Source: Diplonema japonicum
Taxonomy: Eukaryota > Protista > Euglenozoa: Diplonemea
DNA: 64,000 nucleotides
Assembly (NCBI GenBank): GCA_964019335.1
Contig: OZ025693.1
Location: forward strand, 477,486 to 541,485
Direction of reading: 5' to 3'
The notes under the pieces are model-generated. The model did no database searches. It was given only the letters and a program-made list of their open reading frames with translations, and was not told where the DNA came from. A program made the translations under genes and the position numbers. Position 1 is the stretch's first letter. Each line of letters starts with the position of its first letter. This document shows positions 9,195 to 19,880 of this stretch, in pieces.

Positions 9195-12059
9195 ATGAGT
9201 TCAAGAGGCAGGGGGCGTGGGATCAACGTCGAGATGCTGGCAAAGTTAGGAGTTAAAACAAATCCTTCTAAACCTAGTGGGAGAGGGACAGCAAGTGCTG
9301 CTATGCCACCTGCAACAAAGATACCTTCTGCTGCAATACGCTCACAGTCTCAGGGGCACAAGCTCGTGAAGGAATTTGCACAGAAGTTACATGACTCTGA
9401 TGAAAACACGGTGACACTGCATCGAATGCCTCAAGAGCACCTGGGCACACAATTCGGTGATGATCTTCGTCTGGAGCAACTGTCAGTGGGGGACAGTCCT
9501 GCAAACAGGGCGGGGCTTGGCAGGTTCATCAACAGACGCTTGACGCACATCAACGATGTAGCTGTGTCTTCGCCTTCCGACGTTCTGGTCGCTGCCCAGA
9601 ATGCGGCTACTATGGCACTTAGATTCGAGGCTCAAAGATCAGCATCGCGCACAGACTCGAACTCTAGGGGTCCCAGCCCTGCACTTACACCCGCAACAAT
9701 TGCAGCTGCACTAAAGGTGAATCAAGCACCTAAAACAATAGAACTTGTTCACGACGATAAGGTTGCAAAGGTCAGGCTGTCGAGCGACCCTGCGACCGAC
9801 ATCCAAAAACAAGTAGAAGCCTTCAATATTGAAAACCCTTTCCACGTGGTAGATGAGTTCGGAAGAGAGGTTAAGCCAACTGAGCTGCATAACGGGCGGC
9901 AGTACACACTTAAAGTCACCACACCCCCAACTGAGAATCTGCTGCCTCTCCCCGACCCCGACTCCGCTTCCCCTGGGTCACCCGGCTCAAGGAGGAGCCG
10001 TCTAAGCGAAATGCTTGAAAAGATTTCCCCCCTTGAAGAGGAGCAGGTTCCCACACCAGGTTCGCCTGAGACGGAACCGGTGCAGCAGCCGACCGAGCCT
10101 GCTATTATGACAGATCCTATTATGACAGATCCTTTAATGTCCGAACCAAACACGCCGAAAGCAAAGCCGATCAAAAAAGAAGTCGAATCGGACGAGGAGA
10201 AGCCTAGAGCAGAGGTACCGGAGATACCTGCAGATGCAAGCGACCAAGGGTCATCTCGAGGGCATGTCATGCCCTCTGGCGATGCTGACGATGCTGAGGA
10301 TGCTGACACCCCCAGAGTCATGGCTGCATCTGCAGCAGGACCCCTTGTACATTACCCAGACAGCCCCCATTCGGTTCCTGAGGATCAATTTAGTGCTTCG
10401 TTGAAAAGCAACAAGCAAGACCCCATTGCTATCAGCAATGAGGGTAGTGAAGAACATTTAAAGAACAGTCTTTTGCACAGCGACCCTGGTGATGGCGCAG
10501 GCCATGATTACGTGCAGGAGCGCAGCACCTCAGCCGGTGCTAGCAGTCCTGAGCATGCTCAAGCCGTGCAGTTTAGTGATGTCTCGGGTTCCGAAGAAGA
10601 GCCACTGCCAACAAGTGCGCCGGTGATGAGAAGAAAGAAGGTCGTGCCTACCAAGCAAGTGCCTACAGTGTTGGAGCCCGAACCCGAACCCTTGCGTATC
10701 GTTCCCACAAAGCGCCCGTCAACACCAGTGATGAGCGACACAGAGCTGTGGAAAGAGTTCAACACAAGACTCTCGCAGAAGGGCTTGATTTGTGACGGGC
10801 TTACTACAGACGAACAGAGGGCTCTTTGTGAAGTGAACCTCGGCTTCTCAGAACAAGAAGCATCAAGACTGCTGCTTCTCATCCACGACATGAACGGCAA
10901 GACCGCGCAGGAGCCTGCGGGCATTGTCTCCCCTTCCTCCTTGTCTATAGCGTTTGGTGAAGTGAATGGCAGGCGCGACCTAGTGGATCCTAGCACCGCA
11001 CTTTATGCACAAGTGGAGTCTGTTGTGAACTCATCGCTCATCTGCAGCAGTGACTCGAGCGTGCAAGTGTTCAGAGTGAGGCAGCTCATTCCGGGTGCGC
11101 GTATATGCGGGCAGTACAATGCCGCAAAGCAGTCTTTGAGACCGGAACTACGACAAAAAAAAGTTCTCTATTATGCAGGCCCGCAGATGCCCACGCTGAC
11201 GGAGATTACCAACGAAGCATTGTTTGGTGAGTTGCGGCGGAATGGATGTCTTGTCTTCTCCACGGAGGCATGCATCCCGCACTCTTCATCATCATCGACG
11301 ACGAAAATGAAGCTGCTGCTCTGCGAACTGGTGATGGGAAACATTGGCACTCCATCGCAGCCCACGCATGTAGGTAAGACAGGTCCCATTGCTGATTTCA
11401 ATGGTGCAAGGAAACTGCTTTTGCAAGAACAGAGGAAAGCCGTCACCGAAGGCATGTCCCCACCCGACACGCTCGCCATCGACTACCCATACTTGTCAGA
11501 AGCGTCGGAAGAGGGGCAGGTTGCTACGCAGTACGTTACTACAGATGCCGCAAGGGTCCTCCCTCGATTTGTCGTCTATCTCGAGGTGAAGTCCACAAGG
11601 GCAGGGGTGCACAGGGATGTGAGACCATCTATGGGCAAACAGGTACGAGGCGTTTCGAAGACCAAGAAGCATAACCAACTTTATGTCGAGAAGAGGCTGC
11701 AAGAAGCACTTACAATGAAACACTACTATCAACAAGAAAAGGAAAGCAAAACAGATGTGAAGGGAGAGACAACGGAATTGATACTGCGAGAGTTCCGTGA
11801 CCTTCAAGCAAAACTTAATAAAAAGAGAGATGAGCTGCTGGCAGCAGTTGACGACGTCACGTCCTCTGCGCAGGTGTGCAGAAGGGAGAATATTGACATG
11901 TTGGATGGCTATATCAACAGCTTGCAGGTGCTGAAGGCATCGCCTAGTTCGCGACCACCCACTGCTCCGCGGCTACATGAAACACCTTCACGCATAACCC
12001 TCGACACCGCACCTTTGGCTTCTGCTATCACCCAGCTCACCATCCAGCAGCAGCCTTAG
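9195..12059 (+). CDS. 954-aa protein with disordered N-terminal half, PARP/ADP-ribosyltransferase-like domain (probably inactive) and C-terminal coiled coil
   Basis: Start taken as MSSRGRGRG at 9195, 10 nt after ccacag; the upstream in-frame ATG (9078) lies in a T-rich tract. ART-fold landmarks: vdpst.lY..V...v, KKVLYYAG, CLVFS, KLLLCELVMG, PDTL, QYVTTDAARVLPRFVV. Confidence 0.8.
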   Translation: MSSRGRGRGINVEMLAKLGVKTNPSKPSGRGTASAAMPPATKIPSAAIRSQSQGHKLVKEFAQKLHDSDENTVTLHRMPQEHLGTQFGDDLRLEQLSVGDSPANRAGLGRFINRRLTHINDVAVSSPSDVLVAAQNAATMALRFEAQRSASRTDSNSRGPSPALTPATIAAALKVNQAPKTIELVHDDKVAKVRLSSDPATDIQKQVEAFNIENPFHVVDEFGREVKPTELHNGRQYTLKVTTPPTENLLPLPDPDSASPGSPGSRRSRLSEMLEKISPLEEEQVPTPGSPETEPVQQPTEPAIMTDPIMTDPLMSEPNTPKAKPIKKEVESDEEKPRAEVPEIPADASDQGSSRGHVMPSGDADDAEDADTPRVMAASAAGPLVHYPDSPHSVPEDQFSASLKSNKQDPIAISNEGSEEHLKNSLLHSDPGDGAGHDYVQERSTSAGASSPEHAQAVQFSDVSGSEEEPLPTSAPVMRRKKVVPTKQVPTVLEPEPEPLRIVPTKRPSTPVMSDTELWKEFNTRLSQKGLICDGLTTDEQRALCEVNLGFSEQEASRLLLLIHDMNGKTAQEPAGIVSPSSLSIAFGEVNGRRDLVDPSTALYAQVESVVNSSLICSSDSSVQVFRVRQLIPGARICGQYNAAKQSLRPELRQKKVLYYAGPQMPTLTEITNEALFGELRRNGCLVFSTEACIPHSSSSSTTKMKLLLCELVMGNIGTPSQPTHVGKTGPIADFNGARKLLLQEQRKAVTEGMSPPDTLAIDYPYLSEASEEGQVATQYVTTDAARVLPRFVVYLEVKSTRAGVHRDVRPSMGKQVRGVSKTKKHNQLYVEKRLQEALTMKHYYQQEKESKTDVKGETTELILREFRDLQAKLNKKRDELLAAVDDVTSSAQVCRRENIDMLDGYINSLQVLKASPSSRPPTAPRLHETPSRITLDTAPLASAITQLTIQQQP

Positions 12060-12170
12060 CGCCGCGAACTGGCCTCGTTAGATAGAACATTAGAACCTTA
12101 CTTGTATATTAGTCATCGTATTTATATATTCGTGCCCAACATAGTCATCACAGGTACAGTACGCTGAAAT

Positions 12171-13262
12171 ATGTGGAACTATGAAGTCGATGTGCCCCTA
12201 GAAGTGGGTGTCAAGTCACGGGTCCCACACCCACCTTCTCACCATGAAAGCTACAGACCACACTCTGCTCTATTCTTAAGGGACTACGGCGCAAGTATGG
12301 CAGACGACATGCCCAGACGCCCACTCTCCGCCTGCGATACTATCCCGAACACATTTCCTTATAATTTGCCAGCATACCCACCTTCGAAGACTGACGGGCA
12401 GCAGGCGAAGAAGCAGAATGAAATACGAGATTTGCGAACAGCAAGGAGAACAACTGACTTTATCGTTCCCCTGAACACCGAGTCTCTGGCCTCAATTAGA
12501 GCATCTGCTTACCGGAAACAAGAGGGGAAATTAGTTACGAGACAGGCAGCCCGCAAGGCGTGGGACAATGACCTGTTGCACCAAATGAAAGTGCTCAGCA
12601 TGGGCACAAAATACTTCGTCAACAGAGCAGATCATCGCAAAAAGAACCAGCAGGAGCAAAAGATGTTGCAGCTTCGAACTAGTCAACAACATGCAGCGAA
12701 ACTGATTCAAAAAGTGTGGAGGGCGAAGAAGAGTAAGAAAGAGCTGTTCAGGCGGGCATTGTTGAGGGACGCAGGGCTCTTAAGCCTTCAAGATCAGGAG
12801 AGGCTTTCGAGAACGATCATCACTTCCGATGAGCAAGAGGGACATGCCGACCTCAAAGAACACTCGAAAATAAAACGGAGTCTGACCCTCAATGAGCTGC
12901 GTTCCATTGTACAGGACTATAGGTCGCGCCTTATTAAAATGACAGAAGGGGAGGGCGGGGCGTATAATGCTGATCAGCTGATAGCATGGGTCCTCAACGA
13001 AGGCCACCGCTTTGAGAGTGGCATTATTACGGCCTTAGGAAAAGGAACAAAACTGACTCTAGAACCTAGGGAATTCGAAGAGGAGCGGAACCCGACACCA
13101 AAGGCACATATGGCGTCTGTTACACAGGGCTCAAGGGAGCTTGCACGCCTTCAAGCAGAGAGGCAAGGTGCGAAACAGCGTGAGAAAGACGCTTCTGAAC
13201 GGGTGCAAGCACTTGAGCTGTTGCTGGCACGAATTCAGTCAGCAGGATCATGTCACTTATAA
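12171..13262 (+). CDS. 363-aa hypothetical protein with an IQ calmodulin-binding motif and coiled coils
   Basis: Long ORF; AAKLIQKVWRAKKSKKE fits IQxxWR; acag acceptor-like sites at ~12150-12159. Confidence 0.8.
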   Translation: MWNYEVDVPLEVGVKSRVPHPPSHHESYRPHSALFLRDYGASMADDMPRRPLSACDTIPNTFPYNLPAYPPSKTDGQQAKKQNEIRDLRTARRTTDFIVPLNTESLASIRASAYRKQEGKLVTRQAARKAWDNDLLHQMKVLSMGTKYFVNRADHRKKNQQEQKMLQLRTSQQHAAKLIQKVWRAKKSKKELFRRALLRDAGLLSLQDQERLSRTIITSDEQEGHADLKEHSKIKRSLTLNELRSIVQDYRSRLIKMTEGEGGAYNADQLIAWVLNEGHRFESGIITALGKGTKLTLEPREFEEERNPTPKAHMASVTQGSRELARLQAERQGAKQREKDASERVQALELLLARIQSAGSCHL

Positions 13263-13373
13263 CGCCTTTACAGGCGTTCTCATGTAGGACACACCCCCTC
13301 CCTCTCCCTCCCTTTACTTGTAGATCTTTCATATCAGCATTGTGTCGCCGGAACATTCAACAGAATTTTTAAC

Positions 13374-15290
13374 ATGACCGACAAAGAGGCAGTCTCGAAG
13401 GCAGAGGACGTGCAGAAGAGGAGTTTCACAAAGTGGGTGAACGTCCAATTGAAGAAGGGTGACCATGATGAAGAAGTCACTGACCTTGCCGAAGATCTCA
13501 AGACGGGGATTGTACTCTTGAAAGTGCTTGCCAGTACTACAGGCCAGAATCTCCCGCCTTATAACAAAGTGTGCAAGAGCGAGATCCAGAGAGTCAGCAA
13601 TCAGAGCATCGTCATCGACTTCTTTCAGAGTGCGAAGATCAAACTTATTGGGATCGGCCCGCAGGACCTGGCTGATGGTAACATGAGGGCTATGCTTGCG
13701 GCTATGTGGGCCATCATTTACGCTCAGCAGATCGGTGCCATCAAGGGTGAAGCCAGCGGGAAGGCAGGGCTGCTGTTGTGGGTGAAGCGTGCTGTGGGGT
13801 CTTACGATTTGCAGGTCACGGACTTCAAGAAGTCGTGGTCGTCAGGCCTTGTGCTCACCGCACTTATTCACAAATACAAGCCAAACGCCCTCTCATTCAC
13901 TGAGGCTGCTGACCTCAGCCCCGGAGAACGGGTGCAGAAGTGTATCGACGTGGCGCAGAAGGACCTCGGAATTGAACCCCTCATCGACGCTTCGGATATG
14001 GAGCACGCCATCGATGAGAAGGCCATTATGACTTACATCAGTGAGTTCTTTGCCCTCTTCAGCAAGGTGCAGGACAAGGAGGTGGCACAGAGGCGTGTTG
14101 TGAAGTTCTTCGAGACGCAGAGGACCATCGAGAACTTCCAGGTCGACTACGAGACGAAGACGTCTGATGTGCTGGAGTTTATTCTTGAAGCGAAGTCCCA
14201 GATGGAAGGCGAACCAGAAGGGTTGGTGGAGTCCAGGAAGTTCTTGGACAAAGTGAATGAATTCAGATCAGGGCCCTTGGCTGAGAAAAGGGTTGTGAAG
14301 GAGAGCCTTGAAGGAATCCTCTCCAATCTGCAGACCACACTGTCTTGCCACCAAAGGGCAAGCTACACCCCTAGTGATGACCAGACGCTTGACAATGTCG
14401 AAACACAGTGGAGCGCTTTGGAAGAGGCGGCCAACAAGCACCTCTCAAAGACACGTGACGCCTACGTCAAGGCTAAACAAGACGTGACTGCCAAGTACTT
14501 GGAAGTGACGCAGGAAGGCAACACACAGATCGGTGAGCTTGCTTCAAGCTTGAGATCGCTGACCGGTGACGACCCCGCCAAACTTCTAAAGAAGGCAAAA
14601 GAGTTCAAGAAAACCGCTGAACCACTCTTAGAGATTGTGGAAAAGGCGGCAAAGCTGGGCGAAGAGTTGCAGCAGGCTAATGTGAACGTAGACGATATTG
14701 CAGGGCTTGAGGTGCGGGCAGACGACCTGGAGAGGGCGTTCGCTGACCTCACGAAGAATATCAATAAGAAATGTACATTCTTGGAGAACCAGGTTGAATC
14801 TAAAAAGGGTTCGACTGTCAGTGCAGACAAGCTTGCGGAGATCAAGGAAACCTTCGACCACTTCGACTCCAACAACAGCGGCACGCTGACAGGCGAGGAC
14901 TTCGACAATGCATTGAAGGGACTGGGCAGAAACCTGTCTGACATCGAGACAACAAAACTCTTCAAGTATGCCTAACACTATGCAGACACATTTCTCAGGA
15001 GCTCCATCAGCGGGTCGAGCATGACTTTTGATGAGTTCGTTGCTGTCATGACGAAGATGGAGGCGGACGCTGACACTCCTGAGGAGATCTTGTCTTCTAT
15101 TGCTTCCCTGCAGGTATGCCAACACACAGCATAAACTACTTTACAGGGCGAAGGGGAGGGCGGGCTCACCAAAGAAGCCCTCGTTGCATCTCTCGGAGAA
15201 GAGACCGCAGCCTACTTCATCAACAAGCTCCCTGAGAAGGATGGGAAGTACGATTTCGCATCGTACTTGCAAAAAGTCTACAAGAAGTGA
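13374..15290 (+). CDS. Short alpha-actinin-like protein, 616 aa (CH-CH, short spectrin-like rod, EF-hands); exons 13374-14965, 14999-15113, 15147-15290
   Basis: QKRSFTKWVN / DLKTGIVL / IGIGPQDLADGN / LLLWVK / DFKKSWSSGL / DEKAIMTYISEF give a tandem CH actin-binding domain. FDHFDSNNSGTL is an EF-hand. Two 33-nt GTATGCC...AG introns (14966-14998, 15114-15146) remove in-frame TAA stops and restore MTFDEFVAVM...DTPEEILSSI...YDFASYL. Confidence 0.93.
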
Positions 15291-15719
15291 ACGGTCATAC
15301 GACTCTAGCCACCTACCGCATGATGCTAACAATATTTCTTTTAGTGTTTTGATTCTGTTAAAATAGACACCTTGGTCCACCTGCTGTTCCTCATGATAGA
15401 TACCATATCTCAGCTCTCACATAGCTGCAGATGATGATGTGGCTTCGTAGATTGTAGACTGCCAGTCAGGACTTGCACCCTAGTCTCCCTTTGTTTTCCC
15501 CCGCTTCCCCGTTCCTGCATGGTGAGATGGATCTATCTGTGGACAGCTTCGGATGCCACCAACCAACGTCATGTCAAGAAGCGGAATCCCCGTGATTGAT
15601 TTGCTGACAAACTCAGCTGCAGGACAACATCTTCTTCGTCTTCCACAGCTATGGGGCACGTTGTGTGGCTCTACGTAGCACGTTTAGACTTTATGGGAAG
15701 CCGCTCAACAAGGTTTATG

Positions 15720-15843
15720 GTTTTATCTTCATTCTTTTTTTCTTATTCCTTTTTCTTATATTTCTGCTTCCTCAATTCTTTGCCCTCCTCACCTTTGTTA
15801 TCCTTGACACGGCCACATCACCTTACAGGCGCTGATGGCGTAG
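15720..15843 (+). promoter_or_regulatory. Polypyrimidine tract plus candidate (trans-)splice acceptor AGs upstream of the giant gene start
   Basis: ~75-nt pyrimidine-rich tract followed by ccttacAG (15828) and tAG (15843); ATG at 15845. Confidence 0.55.
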
Positions 15844-15844
15844 G

Positions 15845-17682
15845 ATGAGCAACTGGCGAGACGGCGCTGTTTCCAAGTTGGCCTCTCTGAGACAGCCAAG
15901 AAGAACGTTCAATAGGAATTATGCAGCGGACAATGTGGGTGACACACGTAGGCCACGTAACCAAGCACATCAACTTGTTGATACTACAATCAACAGCTTG
16001 GAGGAAATTATGCATGCCCAGAGCGAAGACATCGACGGTCTTCGATCTCGTGTAAGCAGCACAGCTGCTAGCGCTGCATTTCAATTGGATTCTGATTCAT
16101 ATCTTTTAGATGCTGCCGCCTCGCAGCTTGAACGTGCATCGCATCACACAACTGTTTTGCAGAACTTCTACACCCAGCAAACCACTAAATCCTTTTCCAC
16201 AGAAGGCACCCAAACTCGATTTCCTCATTTATCAACTGCTACCCAAACAGAATGCAAACTTCATTCAGCAGCAGTTCAAACATCGACTAAACGACTGACC
16301 CTTTCTGCATCCGATTTATTTACCTCAATTAGCACTTCTACATCAGAGTCGAAGACTACATCTAACATTGCATCAGTTCAGACAACTAACATCTCATCTT
16401 CTTCATTAAGCTGCGTACATTACGTCCCATTTTCGCTACACCCATCTGATGTCATCAATGAATCTCCTCATGATGAGCTTCACACTCTTCGCTCAATAGT
16501 TAAAGACCTCCAGTCTAGTATCTCTGAGTCACTCAGTCTTCAATCAGTTTTGCAGACCTCTCTTGGTACACAATCCTACAATCGTCTTCGTCATTTAGTT
16601 TCACCCCTTGCTCCTACACATGCATCTCCACTCCGTCTTTCACGTACTCAACGGGACACATTCTTTGCTTCTCCACAACAGACTCCACTTCCTTCTAATA
16701 CAAGTAACACTCCTGTACCTCTTCTTCCTCGGGAACAAGAACAGGACCCCCCGAAAACGGGCCCCGAGAACTTCGTGCGGGAGATCGTGGAGGAGCTGGT
16801 GGACAAGGTGGCGCCCGCCCCGAACCTGGACGCACTGCTGCGCGAAAACGCAGAGCTCAGCGAGAAGCTGCAGGCGCTCCGCGGACGCGCCGCAGAGGAG
16901 GTCCTGCTATCGACGGCGGAGACCGTGCGCGTTGGGAGAAGGGATCCAAAACAACAACTAACCGCGTCCTCGCAGGAGCTGCAGTCCCTTGTGGACGAGG
17001 AGGTGCGCGCAGCCGAGGGGGAGCGAGCGCAAACCTGCGGTGTCGAGGTTGAGTACCTCCCTACGCCCGGGGAGCAGCGCGCGGTGGAGCTCGAGGGGAT
17101 GGCCTGGGAGGACCTGAAGGCCGCGGTCGTGGAAGCGGAGGCGAAGTGCGTGGTCTTGGAGAGCAACCTTAACCGTCTTCCTTTTGCGGCGCCTCTTCTT
17201 CCTCGGGAACAAGAACAGGACCCCCCGAAAACGGGCCCCGAGAACTTCGTGCGGGAGATCGTGGAGGAGCTGGTGGACAAGGTGGCGCCCGCCCCGAACC
17301 TGGACGCACTGCTGCGCGAAAACGCAGAGCTCAGCGAGAAGCTGCAGGCGCTCCGCGGACGCGCCGCAGAGGAGGTCCTGCTATCGACGGCGGAGACCGT
17401 GCGCGTTGGGAGAAGGGATCCAAAACAACAACTAACCGCGTCCTCGCAGGAGCTGCAGTCCCTTGTGGACGAGGAGGTGCGCGCAGCCGAGGGGGAGCGA
17501 GCGCAAACCTGCGGTGTCGAGGTTGAGTACCTCCCTACGCCCGGGGAGCAGCGCGCGGTGGAGCTCGAGGGGATGGCCTGGGAGGACCTGAAGGCCGCGG
17601 TCGTGGAAGCGGAGGCGAAGTGCGTGGTCTTGGAGAGCAACCTTAACCGTCTTCCTTTTGCGGCGCCTCTTCTTCCTCGGGA
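15845..17682 (+). CDS. N-terminal fragment of the giant repeat protein, truncated by the assembly gap
   Basis: 291 unique codons followed by two full 158-aa repeats with the same sequence as the minus-strand array at 50.2-64 kb. The frame is open into the N-run; translation after the gap is not credible. Confidence 0.85.
16718..17682 (+). repeat. 474-bp coding tandem repeat, 2 copies plus 17 bp
   Basis: cctcttcttcctcgggaa recurs at 16718 and 17192, and up to the gap from 17666. Confidence 0.97.
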
Positions 17683-17882
17683 NNNNNNNNNNNNNNNNNN
17701 NNNNNNNNNNNNNNNNNNNNNNNNNNNNNNNNNNNNNNNNNNNNNNNNNNNNNNNNNNNNNNNNNNNNNNNNNNNNNNNNNNNNNNNNNNNNNNNNNNNN
17801 NNNNNNNNNNNNNNNNNNNNNNNNNNNNNNNNNNNNNNNNNNNNNNNNNNNNNNNNNNNNNNNNNNNNNNNNNNNNNNNNNN
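17683..17882. other. Scaffold gap of exactly 200 N
   Basis: Counted directly; a round fixed size indicates an unsized scaffolding join. Confidence 0.98.
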
Positions 17883-17929
17883 AGAGGCGCAGGCACGCAG
17901 AACACGAACGACCAATAAAGTACAGAAAC

Positions 17930-18580
17930 TGTAGCTTTAGAATCGTTGGTGGCCGTTTCCTTGTATCCCGCTCGGGAGGAGGATGTCCGCTGGCTTTGCA
18001 CTTTTTTCCCAACTTTAAAAAACCAAGAGGTTGCTTTATTTCTCGTGCGGGTTTGCGGGTTTGCGGGTTGAGGAAGGGGGGGTGGGGGCCCAGGGGCCAC
18101 GGGAAGGGGGATTTTTTCTGGGGGGAAAAAGTTTTTTTTCCCCGTTTCGACTTCGGGTGGTTCAACTTTTTCCCCCTTTTCAAACCGAAATGGCCTGCAT
18201 ACCACCGTGGGTTTTCCACTTTGGGGAAAATTTTTATGAGGGGTTTTTTGGTGATCATAGAGGGGTTAGACGAAATGTTATCAAAATTTCTGTACTTGGA
18301 AAAAAAAATTTTTTTTTCCACTCTGCCCATGCCCCTTAAGGGAAATTTTTGTACTTATAAAATATTTTTCTTTCCTAGAAAAAGATTTTTGTACTTAGAA
18401 AAGGAAATTCTTTTTCTTCCTTCTTTTTTTTTTTTTTTCCCCAATTTTAAAAAACCAAGTGATTGCTTTATTTCTCGTGCGGGTTTGTGTAGCTTTAGAA
18501 TCGTTGGTGGCTAACAAAATCTTTTTTAAAAAGAGAATGAAAAATAAAAAAGGGGGGTGCTCATTTCTCGTGCGGGTTGC
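17930..18580 (+). repeat. Non-coding element with internal direct repeats
   Basis: tgtagctttagaatcgttggtggc at ~17930 and ~18488; tttctcgtgcgggtt at ~18039, ~18471 and ~18565; aaaaaaccaag...ttgctttatt twice. Confidence 0.7.
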
Positions 18581-19053
18581 TCAAAATGGCGACTTCCAAG
18601 GATAGCCCCCTATAACCCCTTTGGGACATAGGGCGGGTCACTTAGCGAATATGGAGCGTGAATGAAAAGACTAGTTCCTTCTTATCTTAACACGGTTATT
18701 GATTGCTTGTACTCATTTGCCAACCATTTTATCAAAATACTAGTTTTCATTTGTGAGTATTGTTGTGTTCCCTCTCAATGTTGCTGTTTCTTTTATGTTA
18801 GACAAATAGATAAATCCCAATAGATCCCAATAGATCCCAATAGATAAATCCCAATAACGTCGGATCAGCTACCTTGGAACGCCCACATATTTCCGCTATT
18901 CTATTCCAATTCCAGGAGATGCACTTTTCTGCAAGCTAGTTTAGATCACGTTAATACTTCAAGGAATGTCTGACATTTGCTAAAGTAAGATGTGCATAAA
19001 GGGGTCTCTGTGAGGGCATGTGTCAACCCACATGTACTTCGTGACATGGACTG

Positions 19054-19087
<34 letters not shown>

Positions 19088-19211
19088 ATGAACAAGAAAA
19101 ACAATTTTTTGAAAGACAACGTACACGGTAACCAAATAACTTTTTTCCACCGTCGCCTTCAACTTGCAACTTTTTTTCCACCATCCACAGTAACCTGCAA
19201 CTTTTTATCGG

Positions 19212-19448
19212 GAGTGAGTGAGTGAGTGAGTGAGTGAGTGAGTGAGTGAGTGAGTGAGTGAGTGAGTGAGTGAGTGAGTGAGTGAGTGAGTGAGTGAGTG
19301 AGTGAGTGAGTGAGTGAGTGAGTGAGTGAGTGAGTGAGTGAGTGAGTGAGTGAGTGAGTGAGTGAGTGAGTGAGTGAGTGAGTGTGGGAGGGAGGGAGGG
19401 AGGGAGGGAGGGAGGGAGGGAGAAGGGGGGGGGGGGGGGGGGGGGGGA
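19212..19448 (+). repeat. (GAGT)n microsatellite (~43 units) followed by (GGGA)n and a G run
   Basis: Directly visible in the sequence. Confidence 0.97.
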
Positions 19449-19880
19449 TGGGAAAAGGGGGGAGAAACGCAGTGTCTATACTTGTAGCACCGCCTGTGAC
19501 AACGAGCCTCCAGATGAACGGTTCTCATCTTCGCCTCCACATGGACCACGCAAGCCCAAGTTCCTGAAGATCTTCACCCTTGTTCCTGTCCAGGACCTCT
19601 CCCTCCCAAACCAGTTTGAACTTGTACCAACAGCTCCCCACCAAATCGATCCCTTATTTAACATCAGAGGCGAAGTACTGAGGTTTCAGATTGCCGCCCG
19701 ACATGTTTGTTGACCTGGTTGGGAGTTGTGCTGAAAACAAAGGAGGAAAACAAGAACTGTAATATCAGCTAATTTTAGTCCGACAAGTGACACCATACAA
19801 CAAAAAGGAAAAAAAAAAAAAAAAAGAAAAAAAAGCTGACGATAATTCCGAACAAAATTATTTCTTTATGAATGGTATCA

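Noticed and set aside
14973-14975. Stop-codon reassignment (in-frame TAA inside actinin)
   Set aside because: Both internal TAAs fall inside GTATGCC...AG introns, and TAA, TAG and TGA all terminate genes in this window.
14966-14985. 20-nt intron in alpha-actinin using the first AG
   Set aside because: It shifts the frame and hits a stop; the 33-nt version restores the EF-hand region.
17883-18514. C-terminal part of the 889-aa ORF after the Ns
   Set aside because: Read-through across a scaffold gap into homopolymer-rich non-coding DNA.
19205-19549. (LTHS)n ORF, or a telomere-like repeat
   Set aside because: It is a simple (GAGT)n microsatellite, not TTAGGG-like and not terminal.
19476-19704. 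Possible small minus-strand gene or pseudogene (MSGGNLKPQYFASDVK*GIDL...FKLVWEGEVLDRNKGEDLQELGL, faintly ubiquitin-like)
   Set aside because: It has an in-frame stop, no convincing intron rescue and only weak similarity; expression data would be needed.
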